DNA from: Nitrospiraceae bacterium UBA2166
Lineage (GTDB): Bacteria > Nitrospirota > Nitrospiria > Nitrospirales > UBA2166
Length of the DNA stretch: 45,899 bases
Direction of reading: 5' to 3'
Assembly: GCA_002328825.1 (NCBI GenBank)
Contig: DCWI01000055.1
Span: 1-45,899 of the forward strand
Part shown: piece after piece, positions 29,450-39,543 of the stretch
Layout: every line of letters starts with the position of its first letter
Position numbering within the stretch: the first letter of the stretch is position 1
The notes under the pieces: generated by a model
What the model was told of the DNA's origin: nothing
The model's database searches: none
The model's input: the letters and a program-made list of their open reading frames with translations, nothing else
Translations under genes and position numbers: made by a program

Positions 29450-29462
29450 TATCGGATTAGTG

Positions 29463-29747
29463 TCAGTTGTCCTGAACGTTGAATTTTTGATCAAGAATGT
29501 TCATGCGCCAAGCGTAAAAAAAGATAAGCCCAACAAACGTACATATCGATCCCTGTTGAGCGAACCAAAACCCTAACCGATACCCACCAAGCCTGACATA
29601 ATTGAGCAGCTCGACCAAAACAATCCCGAACAATAATGACGCAGTGAACCAAACCAAAAGACACCCAATAATCAAGCGGAGATTAGCGTTCCAATACGCT
29701 TGTGCATCCCGCTTCATGACACACTGAACAATTTTCCCCGAATTCAT
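29463..29747 (-). CDS. DUF4212 small membrane partner of the symporter
   Basis: YW..NLR, LGFWFAQQGSI..FV.LIF.Y..RM..LD motif. GGAGG RBS before ATG 29747. Confidence 0.9.
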   Translation of the reverse strand: MNSGKIVQCVMKRDAQAYWNANLRLIIGCLLVWFTASLLFGIVLVELLNYVRLGGYRLGFWFAQQGSICTFVGLIFFYAWRMNILDQKFNVQDN

Positions 29748-30005
29748 TATGACCTCCATCATCAGCAATACTGCTTCCACGACAATACAAAAAAATCACG
29801 CAAATCAAAGTTCATTTGGGATAGGACAGACAATACCAAGGCCTCATTGCTAACGCTCACTCCAATACCAATACTTGAATCCTTTCACCCAATCTCCTTT
29901 AGATTCATCCCCGCTTCACCAACCTGATAGGCTAACCCGAGGTTTTCTACCGTCACAACAGCCTAACTCTACGAGTCCTTAAAACAAGGATTTTCAGTGT
30001 TTCTT

Positions 30006-30794
30006 TCAGAGTAACCACGTGACAGGATCCTGCTGATAATATCCTTTAATCTCATTATACAGTTCAGGATGTTGTTGTTTCAGTGCAACAGAATTTTCAA
30101 AAAATGCTTCCGTTGCCACTGCAAAAAACTCTGCAGGATGCTCAGCCCCGTACTCATCCAACACTGTTGAACGGCCTCGCCGGGTTACCCGACAATGGCG
30201 TTGAAATTCTTTTTCAAAAACCGTCACCCAGCTCATATGCCGTTTATGATTTTTTAGGATCGGTGTGCCATCAGCCTCACCACTCTCCATGTCCAGGAGA
30301 TGTGCAAACTCGTGTAACGTCACGTTTGTTCCATCTCGATCATCCAAGGATGCCTGACACACTTCATCCCACGAGAGAACGAGCGCTCCCGTCGACCACG
30401 CTTCCCCACAAAGGACATCCACTCCTTCATGAACAATGCCAAACGCATCATCAAAATTGTGTTTCACTGGAACCAAAAACGCGCTAGGATATAATACTAT
30501 TGAGTAGAGTCCAGGATAAAAGTTCGTATCTCGATGCAACAATAACAAGCACGCATGCCCAGCAATGGTTACAGTCATCTCATCTGTAATCGTCAATCCC
30601 CCACATCCTTCAAATCGTTTCTCTGCAAGAAATGCTTGAACCTTCCACTCTAGTTGCTTCCGGTCAGAAGTACTTAACCGAGTGTACAGTGGAACATTGG
30701 CTTGAAGAATTGCAAGCCAATGAGATGGGAACTTTGAAAAGCGAAACCGCTCACGTTGGCTGCGTTTCAAAAACCCATTTATAAACCCGAACAT
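30006..30794 (-). CDS. MtfA-like zinc-dependent peptidase (M90)
   Basis: FLAEKRFEGCGGL, IAGHACLLL, GEAW, LSW, HEFAHLLD, YGA.HPAEFFAVATEAFFE. Confidence 0.9.
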   Translation of the reverse strand: MFGFINGFLKRSQRERFRFSKFPSHWLAILQANVPLYTRLSTSDRKQLEWKVQAFLAEKRFEGCGGLTITDEMTVTIAGHACLLLLHRDTNFYPGLYSIVLYPSAFLVPVKHNFDDAFGIVHEGVDVLCGEAWSTGALVLSWDEVCQASLDDRDGTNVTLHEFAHLLDMESGEADGTPILKNHKRHMSWVTVFEKEFQRHCRVTRRGRSTVLDEYGAEHPAEFFAVATEAFFENSVALKQQHPELYNEIKGYYQQDPVTWLL

Positions 30795-31068
30795 TATTGC
30801 AGCGTTTTTTTTTCGGAAAACACCTTTTTCTAGGGATCTAGAATAGCTAGTATTCTATCCTAAATGGCAACACAAGAAACTCACAGTAATCTATAGTATA
30901 GATTGGATTTTATGGTACGTCCTCACTCAAACACATCGAGGTTTCAGAAAAATCATCAAAAATGAAATTTTGTAATATAGATTATACTTTTCCGAGATAG
31001 CTATCGATAGAATTGAAAACATTGTTTTTTGAGCCGAGGACTTTGCCTCATACTGAGAAAGATTTTAA

Positions 31069-31512
31069 GTGAAACTTTCTGAAGCCGAAGACATCACGGC
31101 GAACGATGTTCTCCCTCCTAGAATCTTAGTTGTAGAGGACGATGAAGTTGCCGCAAGGGTTCTGTCCATCACGCTTCCAACTCTAGGATATGTCGTAGCA
31201 GGAACAGTCTCCACAGGCGAAGCTGCTATTGAACATATGAAACGAGATTGCCCAGACCTTGCTATGATGGACATCCGCCTCGAGGGGGGGATGGACGGAA
31301 TCAAGACAGCACAAATCGCACGAGATAAGTTTGGTGTTCCTGTAGTCTACATGACCGCGTACACAGGAACGTTTGCCTTCCAATGTGTACTCGGCACAGA
31401 TCCTCGAACCCAACTCAGCAAACCGTTTACCAAGCGCGACATTAAATTAGCAGTTGACCTCGCATTATCGCAGGCAAAGATCGCCAAATTGAATCCACAC
31501 TCCAAACAGTAA
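31069..31512 (+). CDS. orphan single-domain response regulator
   Basis: ILVVEDD, PDLAMMDIRL, MDG, YMTAY, SKPF: all canonical receiver residues present. Confidence 0.88.
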   Translation: MKLSEAEDITANDVLPPRILVVEDDEVAARVLSITLPTLGYVVAGTVSTGEAAIEHMKRDCPDLAMMDIRLEGGMDGIKTAQIARDKFGVPVVYMTAYTGTFAFQCVLGTDPRTQLSKPFTKRDIKLAVDLALSQAKIAKLNPHSKQ

Positions 31513-31864
31513 ACCTCTGCCCAACGATTTTTACAACGATTTTTACGTGGGAGGAGGGCTCCCCATAACAATTAAGGCATCCTTGAACTTTCTTGTTGTG
31601 AAAAATAATGTTCCCCGAAGGAACAGAAATAAGGCAAGTGTTTTGTTAGTCTTACCAGGCCAACAGAGAATAGTACTCCTCTTATATTTGAATCATACAG
31701 ACAATATCATGAACCTTTAATGTTGATACTTCCCCTAACTGATTTTTCACCAAAACAATCTAGAAACAATTATTGTATGATAGTAAAGTGAAGGGGGGGG
31801 GAATCTTCGTCCTCCTAGGCATAGTCTATCGTTGGGATCACCCTGAAGCGCAGTTTAACTCAGA

Positions 31865-32149
31865 GTGATACATATTATCAGCATGCGATCACTCCCAAAA
31901 GACAAAAATGCAGGCAGCCAAGAGCAAACAACTTGGCTTGACCATGTTTATACTTCAGGCCAAATTCTTCTTCTGATTCTTGCCTGTTTTATTATTCTTT
32001 TTTCTATCTTGGCTGCAGGATTTGAGAGCGGGACACTAGTAGGCACGCTCGTCTCCGTCGCGTGGTTGTTTTTGTCGATTGGGTGGTGGATAGTTTATCG
32101 TTTACTCTGCTATGCGCTACCCTCAGAAAGTAGAGCTCGCACTCCGTGA
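31865..32149 (+). CDS. hypothetical 2-TM membrane protein
   Basis: Two long hydrophobic segments. Start uncertain (31865 or 31883). Confidence 0.5.
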   Translation: MIHIISMRSLPKDKNAGSQEQTTWLDHVYTSGQILLLILACFIILFSILAAGFESGTLVGTLVSVAWLFLSIGWWIVYRLLCYALPSESRARTP

Positions 32150-32247
32150 TCACCTATAGTCTCTACGGTTCTCGCTTCTCGACTACCTCACGATAGATAA
32201 AGAATAATGGATGGGATTTTCCTGTCCTCTGATCTCAGGTGTGGTGA

Positions 32248-32655
32248 TCACAACGTACCTTTATAAGGTTCGCTCTCGCGTTCAAGATACTCAACAAGAA
32301 GCCTCACGTTTTTCAAATTAGATTTTAAATAAATGTCATACAGATCTCCCAGTACGGGAACTGCCCCCAAAATAAAATCTATCCCAATATTCAACATCAT
32401 TCGCATGAGGACTATCTTCGGCACACCAAGCCTCCATGCCACACGAAAAATGTAGAGGGCCGTAACAGATGTAAACACGTCTCCGACAACCGGAATAAGT
32501 CCGATAATAGCGTCGAGGCCAATACGGTGACCTGTTCCAGGAATAGGAACACACTCGTCAAGCAACGAGGCAAATCGTTTAATCCGTTTGAGCTCAGCTT
32601 CTTTATCTTCTGAATCCTTCAGCACACCTGTGTCCATTACGCACCTTTCACTCAA
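32248..32655 (-). CDS. DUF4112 family protein
   Basis: LLD..VPIPGT..RIGLDAIIGLIPVVGD...RM..NI.ID...GAVPVLGDL.D...KSN.KN. Confidence 0.9.
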   Translation of the reverse strand: MSERCVMDTGVLKDSEDKEAELKRIKRFASLLDECVPIPGTGHRIGLDAIIGLIPVVGDVFTSVTALYIFRVAWRLGVPKIVLMRMMLNIGIDFILGAVPVLGDLYDIYLKSNLKNVRLLVEYLERESEPYKGTL

Positions 32656-33287
32656 ACACTTACGCTAGACGGTTGCGGTGAGATCGTCACTTGCTCACAT
32701 CCACCTTCGACAGCATTCATAATCTGCATACGTGCACCCGTACCATAAACCTGCTCAATCGTATCCATAAAAACTGGCTGAATGATCAAGCTACTAGACT
32801 CACACCGTGTATTACAGTGGAACTGCATCGCATCATCTACAATCGAAAGATAGGGGAGACCTTCATCTGAAATACCTAATGGCCAAAGAAGGCACACTGC
32901 TGGCTTAATATGTTCAGGCGGAATCTTCAAATTTTTGGCAGCACTGTGAATTCCACAACGAATCCCGTCTTCGGCCTCATAAGCAAATACGCACATTCCA
33001 TCTTCAGTGGTGTCGAGACTGAGCAATCCATCATCTGTCTCTTCAAAAACATTCTGAAATAAATCCTCGTCCTTTAAACCTGGACAGAACTTCGATATCT
33101 CTGGCAATACACCGACAATAGCTTCCATCTCGGCTAGAGATATACAAACTTCATAAGTTGCACAACACGATCGCCTGAAATCTTTGCCTTGGCATCCATC
33201 ACATCCATGCGAAAGAGTTGCGATCTTCTTCATCTCAACGACCATTGTTTTTTTTTGTTTTGTCGAAATTCGTCCCATAGTTAACAC
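32652..33287 (-). CDS. Cys-rich DUF3109/YkgJ-like putative metal-cluster protein
   Basis: CDGC...SCC, CVFA...CGIH, KPAVCLLWPL motifs. Confidence 0.75.
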   Translation of the reverse strand: MLTMGRISTKQKKTMVVEMKKIATLSHGCDGCQGKDFRRSCCATYEVCISLAEMEAIVGVLPEISKFCPGLKDEDLFQNVFEETDDGLLSLDTTEDGMCVFAYEAEDGIRCGIHSAAKNLKIPPEHIKPAVCLLWPLGISDEGLPYLSIVDDAMQFHCNTRCESSSLIIQPVFMDTIEQVYGTGARMQIMNAVEGGCEQVTISPQPSSVSV

Positions 33288-33291
33288 CCTA

Positions 33292-33639
33292 TTACCGACA
33301 ATCCCGCCGAGAAGGTTTGAGAGCGTGCGAACAATACGGACATGTGTCTAAGTGTACGAGATCAACCAACCAAGTCATATGCGAGCGTGTCGTAATCATA
33401 TTCCACGCCAGCGAGCGATGACAGGTTGGACAACGGAGTGACCACATCAGCCAGAACACCATCACAATACTGAGCACCGTTCCAGTAACTAGATAAGGCA
33501 TGATGAGCCCATAACCTGCAATCAGAGCAATCGCGGCAAAAGGAAACGCAATCAACGAGAGCCCACAACTGAGAAGCGCTAAATACAGCTTCCACATCTG
33601 CCCGGTACTCTCAAGCCAATTAGACTTCGCTACATCCAT
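33292..33639 (-). CDS. hypothetical membrane protein with C-terminal double CxxC
   Basis: Two TMs followed by RCPTC...TCPYC. Packed tightly in the operon. Confidence 0.7.
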   Translation of the reverse strand: MDVAKSNWLESTGQMWKLYLALLSCGLSLIAFPFAAIALIAGYGLIMPYLVTGTVLSIVMVFWLMWSLRCPTCHRSLAWNMITTRSHMTWLVDLVHLDTCPYCSHALKPSRRDCR

Positions 33640-33684
33640 TCATTTGTCTTATGATCGCATGATAAATACAAGATCTTTGTCGAT

Positions 33685-33975
33685 TTATGTTGACGAGACC
33701 AAACGAATAGGCATCACATTAACATCAATCCAGACTCCTCCGATTACATAGGGATCGGATTGAAGCCATCTATCCAGCTCAGATCGAGACTCAAAATTCA
33801 AGTACAACGTTGACCCGATCATATCACCTTGATCATTCAAAATTGCGCCTCCATTGATAAACTCTCCCGTCTCTTTGAGAACGGCGATATTATTCAAATG
33901 TGCTGATCTCGCCCGGAGCCTTCGCATCTTAGCCTCACCATCTTTACCATCGTAAGCCATAACAAGAAATTCCAT
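33685..33975 (-). CDS. YciI family protein
   Basis: AYDG...RL.AR.AHL, GGAIL, GST, DPY...GVW. GGAGG RBS before ATG 33975. Confidence 0.88.
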   Translation of the reverse strand: MEFLVMAYDGKDGEAKMRRLRARSAHLNNIAVLKETGEFINGGAILNDQGDMIGSTLYLNFESRSELDRWLQSDPYVIGGVWIDVNVMPIRLVSST

Positions 33976-33995
33976 GATCTCCCTCCAGAAAGACC

Positions 33996-34301
33996 TTAGT
34001 AACAACGCCGTTCAGCACGTATAACGATCACATCAATAAGATTGTTATGTATAATTATTGATTCCTTTCGCGATTTTGAAAGACTTTTAATCTGGCGTTC
34101 GACGCTCAACGCAACACGTTTGTTGCCTCCAATAACCTTCTCAAACACCAACTCTAATGGCCCTTTACCGCGAAGATACTTTGCCGCTTTGCTCGAATTA
34201 CCCTGATGTTCTGCAAAACGGCGTGCAACATCAGTAGCAATGCCCGTATAAAGTGTGCCTCCTCTACATCGAACTATGTAGAGGTGCCATCGCAATGCCA
34301 C
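33996..34301 (-). CDS. GIY-YIG nuclease family protein (UPF0213/YhbQ-like)
   Basis: LYIVRC..GTLYTGIATDV.RRF.EH...AKYLRGKGPL...E.QIK.L.K.RKE. Confidence 0.9.
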   Translation of the reverse strand: MALRWHLYIVRCRGGTLYTGIATDVARRFAEHQGNSSKAAKYLRGKGPLELVFEKVIGGNKRVALSVERQIKSLSKSRKESIIIHNNLIDVIVIRAERRCY

Positions 34302-34706
34302 AGAACCATCACTCCTAACTGCGCCAGAAAACAGGGTTCACACTAGGACCCACTACCTGCATAACAACTAAACTCACGCTTGCGGAATGGTACTCCAAAC
34401 CGATAAGAGGTTCAATCATACAACAAACCAAAGGAGCCGTTATAAAACACCTTCGTTTAAAAACTGAAACTACTCGACTCTTTGAATGAAAACAAAACAC
34501 ACCATTTATACCCTCTCCGTGTCTAGTGATGATACTATGCGCCTTGTTTTCTTCTTTTCTCTTCGCTTCAGCCTATCCATTTGAACAACTTATCACTATA
34601 TTTACTTATTAGCATTCAACAATCATGATTTTAGTGAGTCTGCTATAATTTCTATTTTACTGATCTACACAAGATACCCACTCCACGGACGCGCCAGACA
34701 AACGAC

Positions 34707-35453
34707 ATGAGATTGGCAAAAAAACTAAATATTTTTTTCATCGTTGTCATGATCGGGCCTATCTTAAGCATCGCGTGTGGCCATGCACATATGGATCAAG
34801 ACTGGCGAACTGCCAGCAGAATCAGCGCACAAATTGCACCTTCCCCTGAGACTCCAGAAGCAATTGTGCAAATCTATGCCGCTCGCGCATTCAACTGGAG
34901 AGGAATTCTAGGCGTTCACACTTGGATTGCCACGAAACAATCACATGATCAACACTTTATGGTTCATGATGTGATTGGCTGGCGTAGCTTTTCAAATCGT
35001 GCTGTCCTAGCTTCATACATCGATATTCCCGACCGCCTCTGGTTCGGAAACCAGCCTGAGATTCTTGTCGATCTACGAGGACAAGACGCCGAAGAAGCGA
35101 TCCTCCACATCGCTGACGCAATTGCCGCATATCCCTACACATGGGACTACCGCCTATGGCCAGGACCAAACAGTAACACTTTTACAGCTTTTATCGGACG
35201 GCAAGTACCCGAACTTCGGCTGCACCTTCCACCAACGGCAATTGGTAAAGATTTTCTCGAGGGCAACACTATTTTAGCCACAACACCAAGCGGAACAGGC
35301 CATCAATTCTCGTTCTCTGGCCTCTTCGGAATGACGGCAGCTTGGCACGAAGGGATTGAGATGAATATTATTGGGTTGGTATTCGGTGTGGATATCCGCC
35401 GTCCAGCCATCAAACTCCCCGGCATCGGCCGAATAGGATTCCCCCAGAATTAA
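34707..35453 (+). CDS. DUF3750 domain protein
   Basis: DWRTASR, VQIYAARAFNWRG..GVHTWI, PDRLWFG, Y.LWPGPNSNTF, LPPTAIGKD, IKLPGIGR. Confidence 0.85.
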   Translation: MRLAKKLNIFFIVVMIGPILSIACGHAHMDQDWRTASRISAQIAPSPETPEAIVQIYAARAFNWRGILGVHTWIATKQSHDQHFMVHDVIGWRSFSNRAVLASYIDIPDRLWFGNQPEILVDLRGQDAEEAILHIADAIAAYPYTWDYRLWPGPNSNTFTAFIGRQVPELRLHLPPTAIGKDFLEGNTILATTPSGTGHQFSFSGLFGMTAAWHEGIEMNIIGLVFGVDIRRPAIKLPGIGRIGFPQN

Positions 35454-35798
35454 GCCCTCATGTAAGGCACTGCTTAAAATATTCTGACGATTTCCAAGAA
35501 ACGTTCTCGGGACAAAACCACATTGCAGCACTCTACCTGAGAGGATAGATCTATTCAAAAATTCCAATGGCGGACTGCGATTGATAGAACCTTCCAAGCC
35601 ACCGATCACAACACCGATCGAAATATTCTCACGCACAGTCCAAGCAAAATCAAAAAAACTCCATCCTACAATTGAAGCCGTTTATGTTCGAGAGTCATGG
35701 CGTTATTGCGCTTAAATCCTCTCCTCAGCGTGTGGATATGGAGACTTAAGCAACACCGCAACACAATGAAACTATTCTCCTGATCATTTGCTGCCTTC

Positions 35799-37049
35799 CT
35801 ACAATACAGAAGGAACAATGCGTTTGACGAGAGCCTTCATACTCATGCCTTGAACCATGATGGAAAAGATCACAACAGCATACGTCGCAGTTAGAATAAG
35901 TGGTTTGAACTCGTTCTCTGGTAACGACAACGCCAACGCGACAGCAATACCCCCACGAAGGCCACCCCATATCAGCACGGGAATAGCCCCTTGCGTAAAC
36001 GTCATCCGTACAGAAAGCACAGACATCGGAATTCCGACACCAAGAGATCGCCCAAGCAACACGATGGGAATTGCCAAAGTTGCGGCAACAATGTAATCAA
36101 TTGAAAAGCTTACCACCAAAACCTCCAAGCCAATCAAAAGAAAAAGCACTGAATTAAGAATTTCATCCATCAACTCCCAAAAATGAAACAGATGTTCCCG
36201 AGTTGTTTCAGACATAGCAAACTGCACGCCTTGGTTCCCAATGAAGAGGCCAGCGACCACCATCGCGATCGGCCCACTCATGTGAGTTTTCATTGCGATC
36301 GCATAGGTCACCATCACCAACGCTAAGCTAATAAGAATTTCAAGGACATATTCATCAATAACATGCATAGCACGATAACCAATATATCCAGCTGCAAGCC
36401 CCAACAAAGCTCCGCCAACTGCCTCTTGGAGAAACACAATCATGACATCCCCTGGCACTACTTGCCCAGGAGCTCCTGCAGCAATGGAAAGCAAAATGGT
36501 AAACACCACTACCCCTACTCCATCATTGAACAACGACTCTCCAGCCAACTTTGCTTCCAGCGCAGGTGGAACATTGATAGTCTTAAAAATTCCAAGCACA
36601 GCCACAGGATCAGTCGGACTAATGAGAGCACCAAATACCAACGCCCATATCCACGGTAGAGACAACCCAAGTAAGCCAAGCACAAACCACAGTACTGTGC
36701 CAATCACAAATGTTGACGTGAGGATACCAACTGTAGCCAGTATTAAAATTGGCCATTTACGATCTGCCATAGCAATAAAATCAACATGTAACGCCCCTGC
36801 AAAGAGAAGAAAGCTCAGCATCCCATGCATCACCGTCTCATGAAAATCAACTTGCGCAAGAAAATTTGAGATATTACTTCCCATTTCACTCCCTGGAATG
36901 ATTGAGTCAGTAAGAATAACCCCACTCGACGCCACCAAAGCAATCAGCATCAAACCAATAGTATGCGGAAGCTTCAAGTATCTATGGTTCAGAAACCCAA
37001 ACAATGCCGCTAAACCTATGAGCATAGCGGCAATATCAAATACAGACAT
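35799..37049 (-). CDS. CPA1 family Na+/H+ antiporter (NhaP-like)
   Basis: LSFLLFAGALH, FGALISPTDPVAV, GESLFNDG, WGGLRGGIAVALAL. Confidence 0.93.
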   Translation of the reverse strand: MSVFDIAAMLIGLAALFGFLNHRYLKLPHTIGLMLIALVASSGVILTDSIIPGSEMGSNISNFLAQVDFHETVMHGMLSFLLFAGALHVDFIAMADRKWPILILATVGILTSTFVIGTVLWFVLGLLGLSLPWIWALVFGALISPTDPVAVLGIFKTINVPPALEAKLAGESLFNDGVGVVVFTILLSIAAGAPGQVVPGDVMIVFLQEAVGGALLGLAAGYIGYRAMHVIDEYVLEILISLALVMVTYAIAMKTHMSGPIAMVVAGLFIGNQGVQFAMSETTREHLFHFWELMDEILNSVLFLLIGLEVLVVSFSIDYIVAATLAIPIVLLGRSLGVGIPMSVLSVRMTFTQGAIPVLIWGGLRGGIAVALALSLPENEFKPLILTATYAVVIFSIMVQGMSMKALVKRIVPSVL

Positions 37050-37242
37050 TGGTTCCTCCTCTCTCTGTATTTAGATATTGACAATGATGAACAAGACGCA
37101 GTACCTCAGTTGAGGAGAAGATGGCGCGATTCAATAGGGAAGTCAAGAGACTATATTCATTCTTCTGTGTTTAGCCTTTAGCATCAATACCTAACCAGCA
37201 AGATAGCTTGCTATAATAGCCAGCATTACGTAGGAGAGATAC

Positions 37243-37929
37243 ATGCGAATTATCATCTTCTTGATTCTTGTTTTGGTCATTGTGTTTGGACCTCAACTAT
37301 GGACCCGGCGGGTGTTCAGAAAGCACAGCACGTCGCGCCAAGATTTGGAAAGAACCGGCGGGGAATTTGCACGTCATCTGCTTGATCTCATGAGCATGAA
37401 TCATGTACAGGTCGAGACCACCCCCATTGGAGATCACTACGACCCACTGACAAAAACCGTTAGACTCATGCCGGACAACTATGCCAAGAAGTCGCTGACC
37501 GCCATGACCATTGCGGCACACGAAATTGGACATGCGATTCAAGACCAATCAGAATATCCTCCACTCAAACAACGCACCCGCTTGATTGGTGTAGCTCAAG
37601 GCGCAGAGAAGCTTGGTGCTGGCATCATGATGGGCATTCCGATTGTCGCAATGATCACACAAACCCCATCCGCAGGATTGATTGTGCTATATGCCGGCAT
37701 CCTGACTATGGGCATCTCCACCCTTGTCCATCTCATTACGCTTCCAGTTGAATGGGACGCGAGCTTCAGTCGCGCACTACCAATATTGCAACGTGGAGGA
37801 TATCTGTCGAAGCAAGACATGCAGGATGCTCACCAAATTCTCACTGCCGCAGCATTCACCTATGTCGCCGCATCGTTAGCAAGCCTCCTCAATCTCTGGC
37901 GCTGGATTATGTTACTTCTGCGACGCTAG
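37243..37929 (+). CDS. putative neutral zinc metallopeptidase (YugP-like), membrane-bound
   Basis: GDHYDP..K.VRL, AAHEIGHAIQ, TLPVEWDAS.RAL, AAAFTYVA, with an AGGAG RBS. Confidence 0.9.
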   Translation: MRIIIFLILVLVIVFGPQLWTRRVFRKHSTSRQDLERTGGEFARHLLDLMSMNHVQVETTPIGDHYDPLTKTVRLMPDNYAKKSLTAMTIAAHEIGHAIQDQSEYPPLKQRTRLIGVAQGAEKLGAGIMMGIPIVAMITQTPSAGLIVLYAGILTMGISTLVHLITLPVEWDASFSRALPILQRGGYLSKQDMQDAHQILTAAAFTYVAASLASLLNLWRWIMLLLRR

Positions 37930-38012
37930 TTCGAGTTGAGAAAAACTATGTTCTGTATCCGTTCATCACAGCTTAAATGTTATACAATGCGACCCTATAA
38001 GAGGAGGAAACA

Positions 38013-38243
38013 ATGAACCTATCCAAAATTGGCTTGTTAGTCATAATGGCGATGTATCTTACTGGATGTTTCTTCACTAAAGCCATTACCGTCCCAATGC
38101 GTGGCGTCGGTGCAGTAATTTCTGGAGTTGGGGCCGTAATGTCAACCATTCCCGTTGCCGGCAATATCGCTGATAATGCACTCGAAGAGGTTGATGATGC
38201 AATCGATGACGTTGCAGATACCATCGACAAGGTTCCGATCTGA
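38013..38243 (+). CDS. small lipoprotein (DUF6726-like)
   Basis: Lipobox LTGC, TKAITVPMR..GAV.S..PV.G motif, acidic tail and a GAGGAGG RBS. Confidence 0.75.
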   Translation: MNLSKIGLLVIMAMYLTGCFFTKAITVPMRGVGAVISGVGAVMSTIPVAGNIADNALEEVDDAIDDVADTIDKVPI

Positions 38244-38253
38244 AGGACACCCG

Positions 38254-38718
38254 ATGCTACAATCCATTAAGTTGTTTTTCAAAGAGAAAATTTCTCCACC
38301 CTCCAGTAACAAGCCAGGCGACTCTGAACACGCGATCCAGCTCGCCACTGCAGCTCTTCTTATTGAAATAGCTCGTGCTGATTTTAAAGTAAAAGACGAA
38401 GAACGCCGCGCAGTAACTGCAGCCATTCAATCGGCCTTTCAACTCTCAACAAATGAAACAGAAACTCTTCTTCTGCTAGCAGAAGAAGAGGTCAATCAAT
38501 CCACAGATATGTTTCAATTTGCCACGTTGGTTGATAAACAATTTCCTCGAGAAAGAAAAATCGTCGTGCTGGAACATCTCTGGACAGTGGCTTTTGCGGA
38601 CGAAGATCTGGAGAAGTACGAAGAACATCTAATCCGAAAAGTGACAACGCTGCTGCACCTCGATCACAAAGACTTTATCGACGCAAAACTTCGAGTAAAG
38701 CAGCAGTTACGGATTTGA
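38254..38718 (+). CDS. TerB family protein
   Basis: LATAALLIEIARAD, EE, LW.VAFAD..L.KYEEHLIRKV..LL.L...DFI.AK. Start moved to ATG 38254. Confidence 0.88.
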   Translation: MLQSIKLFFKEKISPPSSNKPGDSEHAIQLATAALLIEIARADFKVKDEERRAVTAAIQSAFQLSTNETETLLLLAEEEVNQSTDMFQFATLVDKQFPRERKIVVLEHLWTVAFADEDLEKYEEHLIRKVTTLLHLDHKDFIDAKLRVKQQLRI

Positions 38719-39182
38719 GCATCCCCTGCTGATTGTTATGTCGACAAGCCAGGCAGTATCGCAAACTCCACTCAAAAGACTACTTCGTTGAGCGAACAAA
38801 CCCAGATGTTAACAACATCAGAAAACTCAGCCTCTCGATTTGAAATTAGGCACAATAATCTCGATTCTCGTCCCACTAAGATCAAATGTCTCGCAAAACC
38901 TCATTTTTTAAGCTTAATACGCCAATTACGTTACTGCTCCACAACACAATTTTCTTGATTTTCAAAAAAACGAACACTCTTACTGTGTACAAAGTGTGAC
39001 TCACACACAAAAAACAATATTTCATCTTGACAAAACACGTATTCTATGCAATTCAAAATTCAACTTCATCGTTGGCATGAAAACCCATAACACCCTATAA
39101 ACAGAGTGGTTTAAAGCAGTCAACGTCCAATTATCTCTTAAATAAAGGAATTCAAGCGACTTGAATTTCGAGCACGTTTTTG

Positions 39183-39218
39183 TTATCCACAGACCCATTT
39201 GGATAACTGTGTGGAAAC
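39183..39218. promoter_or_regulatory. cluster of three DnaA boxes
   Basis: TTATCCACA (39183-91, +, perfect), 6 nt, TTTGGATAA (39198-206, -, 1 mismatch), 3 nt, TGTGGAAAC (39210-18, -, degenerate). Confidence 0.78.
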
Positions 39219-39257
39219 ACTCGCCACTTGGTAGCCTGATACTGGACTCAGCGAATT

Positions 39258-39287
39258 GCCTAAAAATTAATCACAATGAAATTGTTA
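39258..39287. promoter_or_regulatory. Fis-consensus site followed by an IHF-like site
   Basis: GCCTAAAAATTAATC (39258-72) fits GNNYANNNNNTRNNC with an A/T core. AATGAAATTGTTA (39275-87) is one mismatch from WATCAANNNNTTR. Both consensi come from E. coli. Confidence 0.45.
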
Positions 39288-39543
39288 GCTGACTCACGCT
39301 GCGAGGACAAAACGAGATATAGGTTTCTGTAAAATGATTGCAAGTCATCACAAAACACGACGCTCCTTCTCATAGCGCCTCGGGCCACAAAACATGCAAT
39401 CAAGTTTCATCAAGTGCCGCATAGCAGGCGGGGGCAACTAACTCATTACAATGAGCAGATGAGGACATACATAACGTCCACTCACTCTCCCCAAGCAAGT
39501 GGAAGAACAGACGTGATAACGAGCATTACGACTTCGAGAAACA

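Noticed and set aside
38719-39543. oriC call
   Set aside because: Only 3-4 boxes, no dnaA-region genes, no clear unwinding repeats, and no strand-composition flip by eye. Not fully excluded without a computed skew, since the rRNA orientation does place the origin somewhere to the right.
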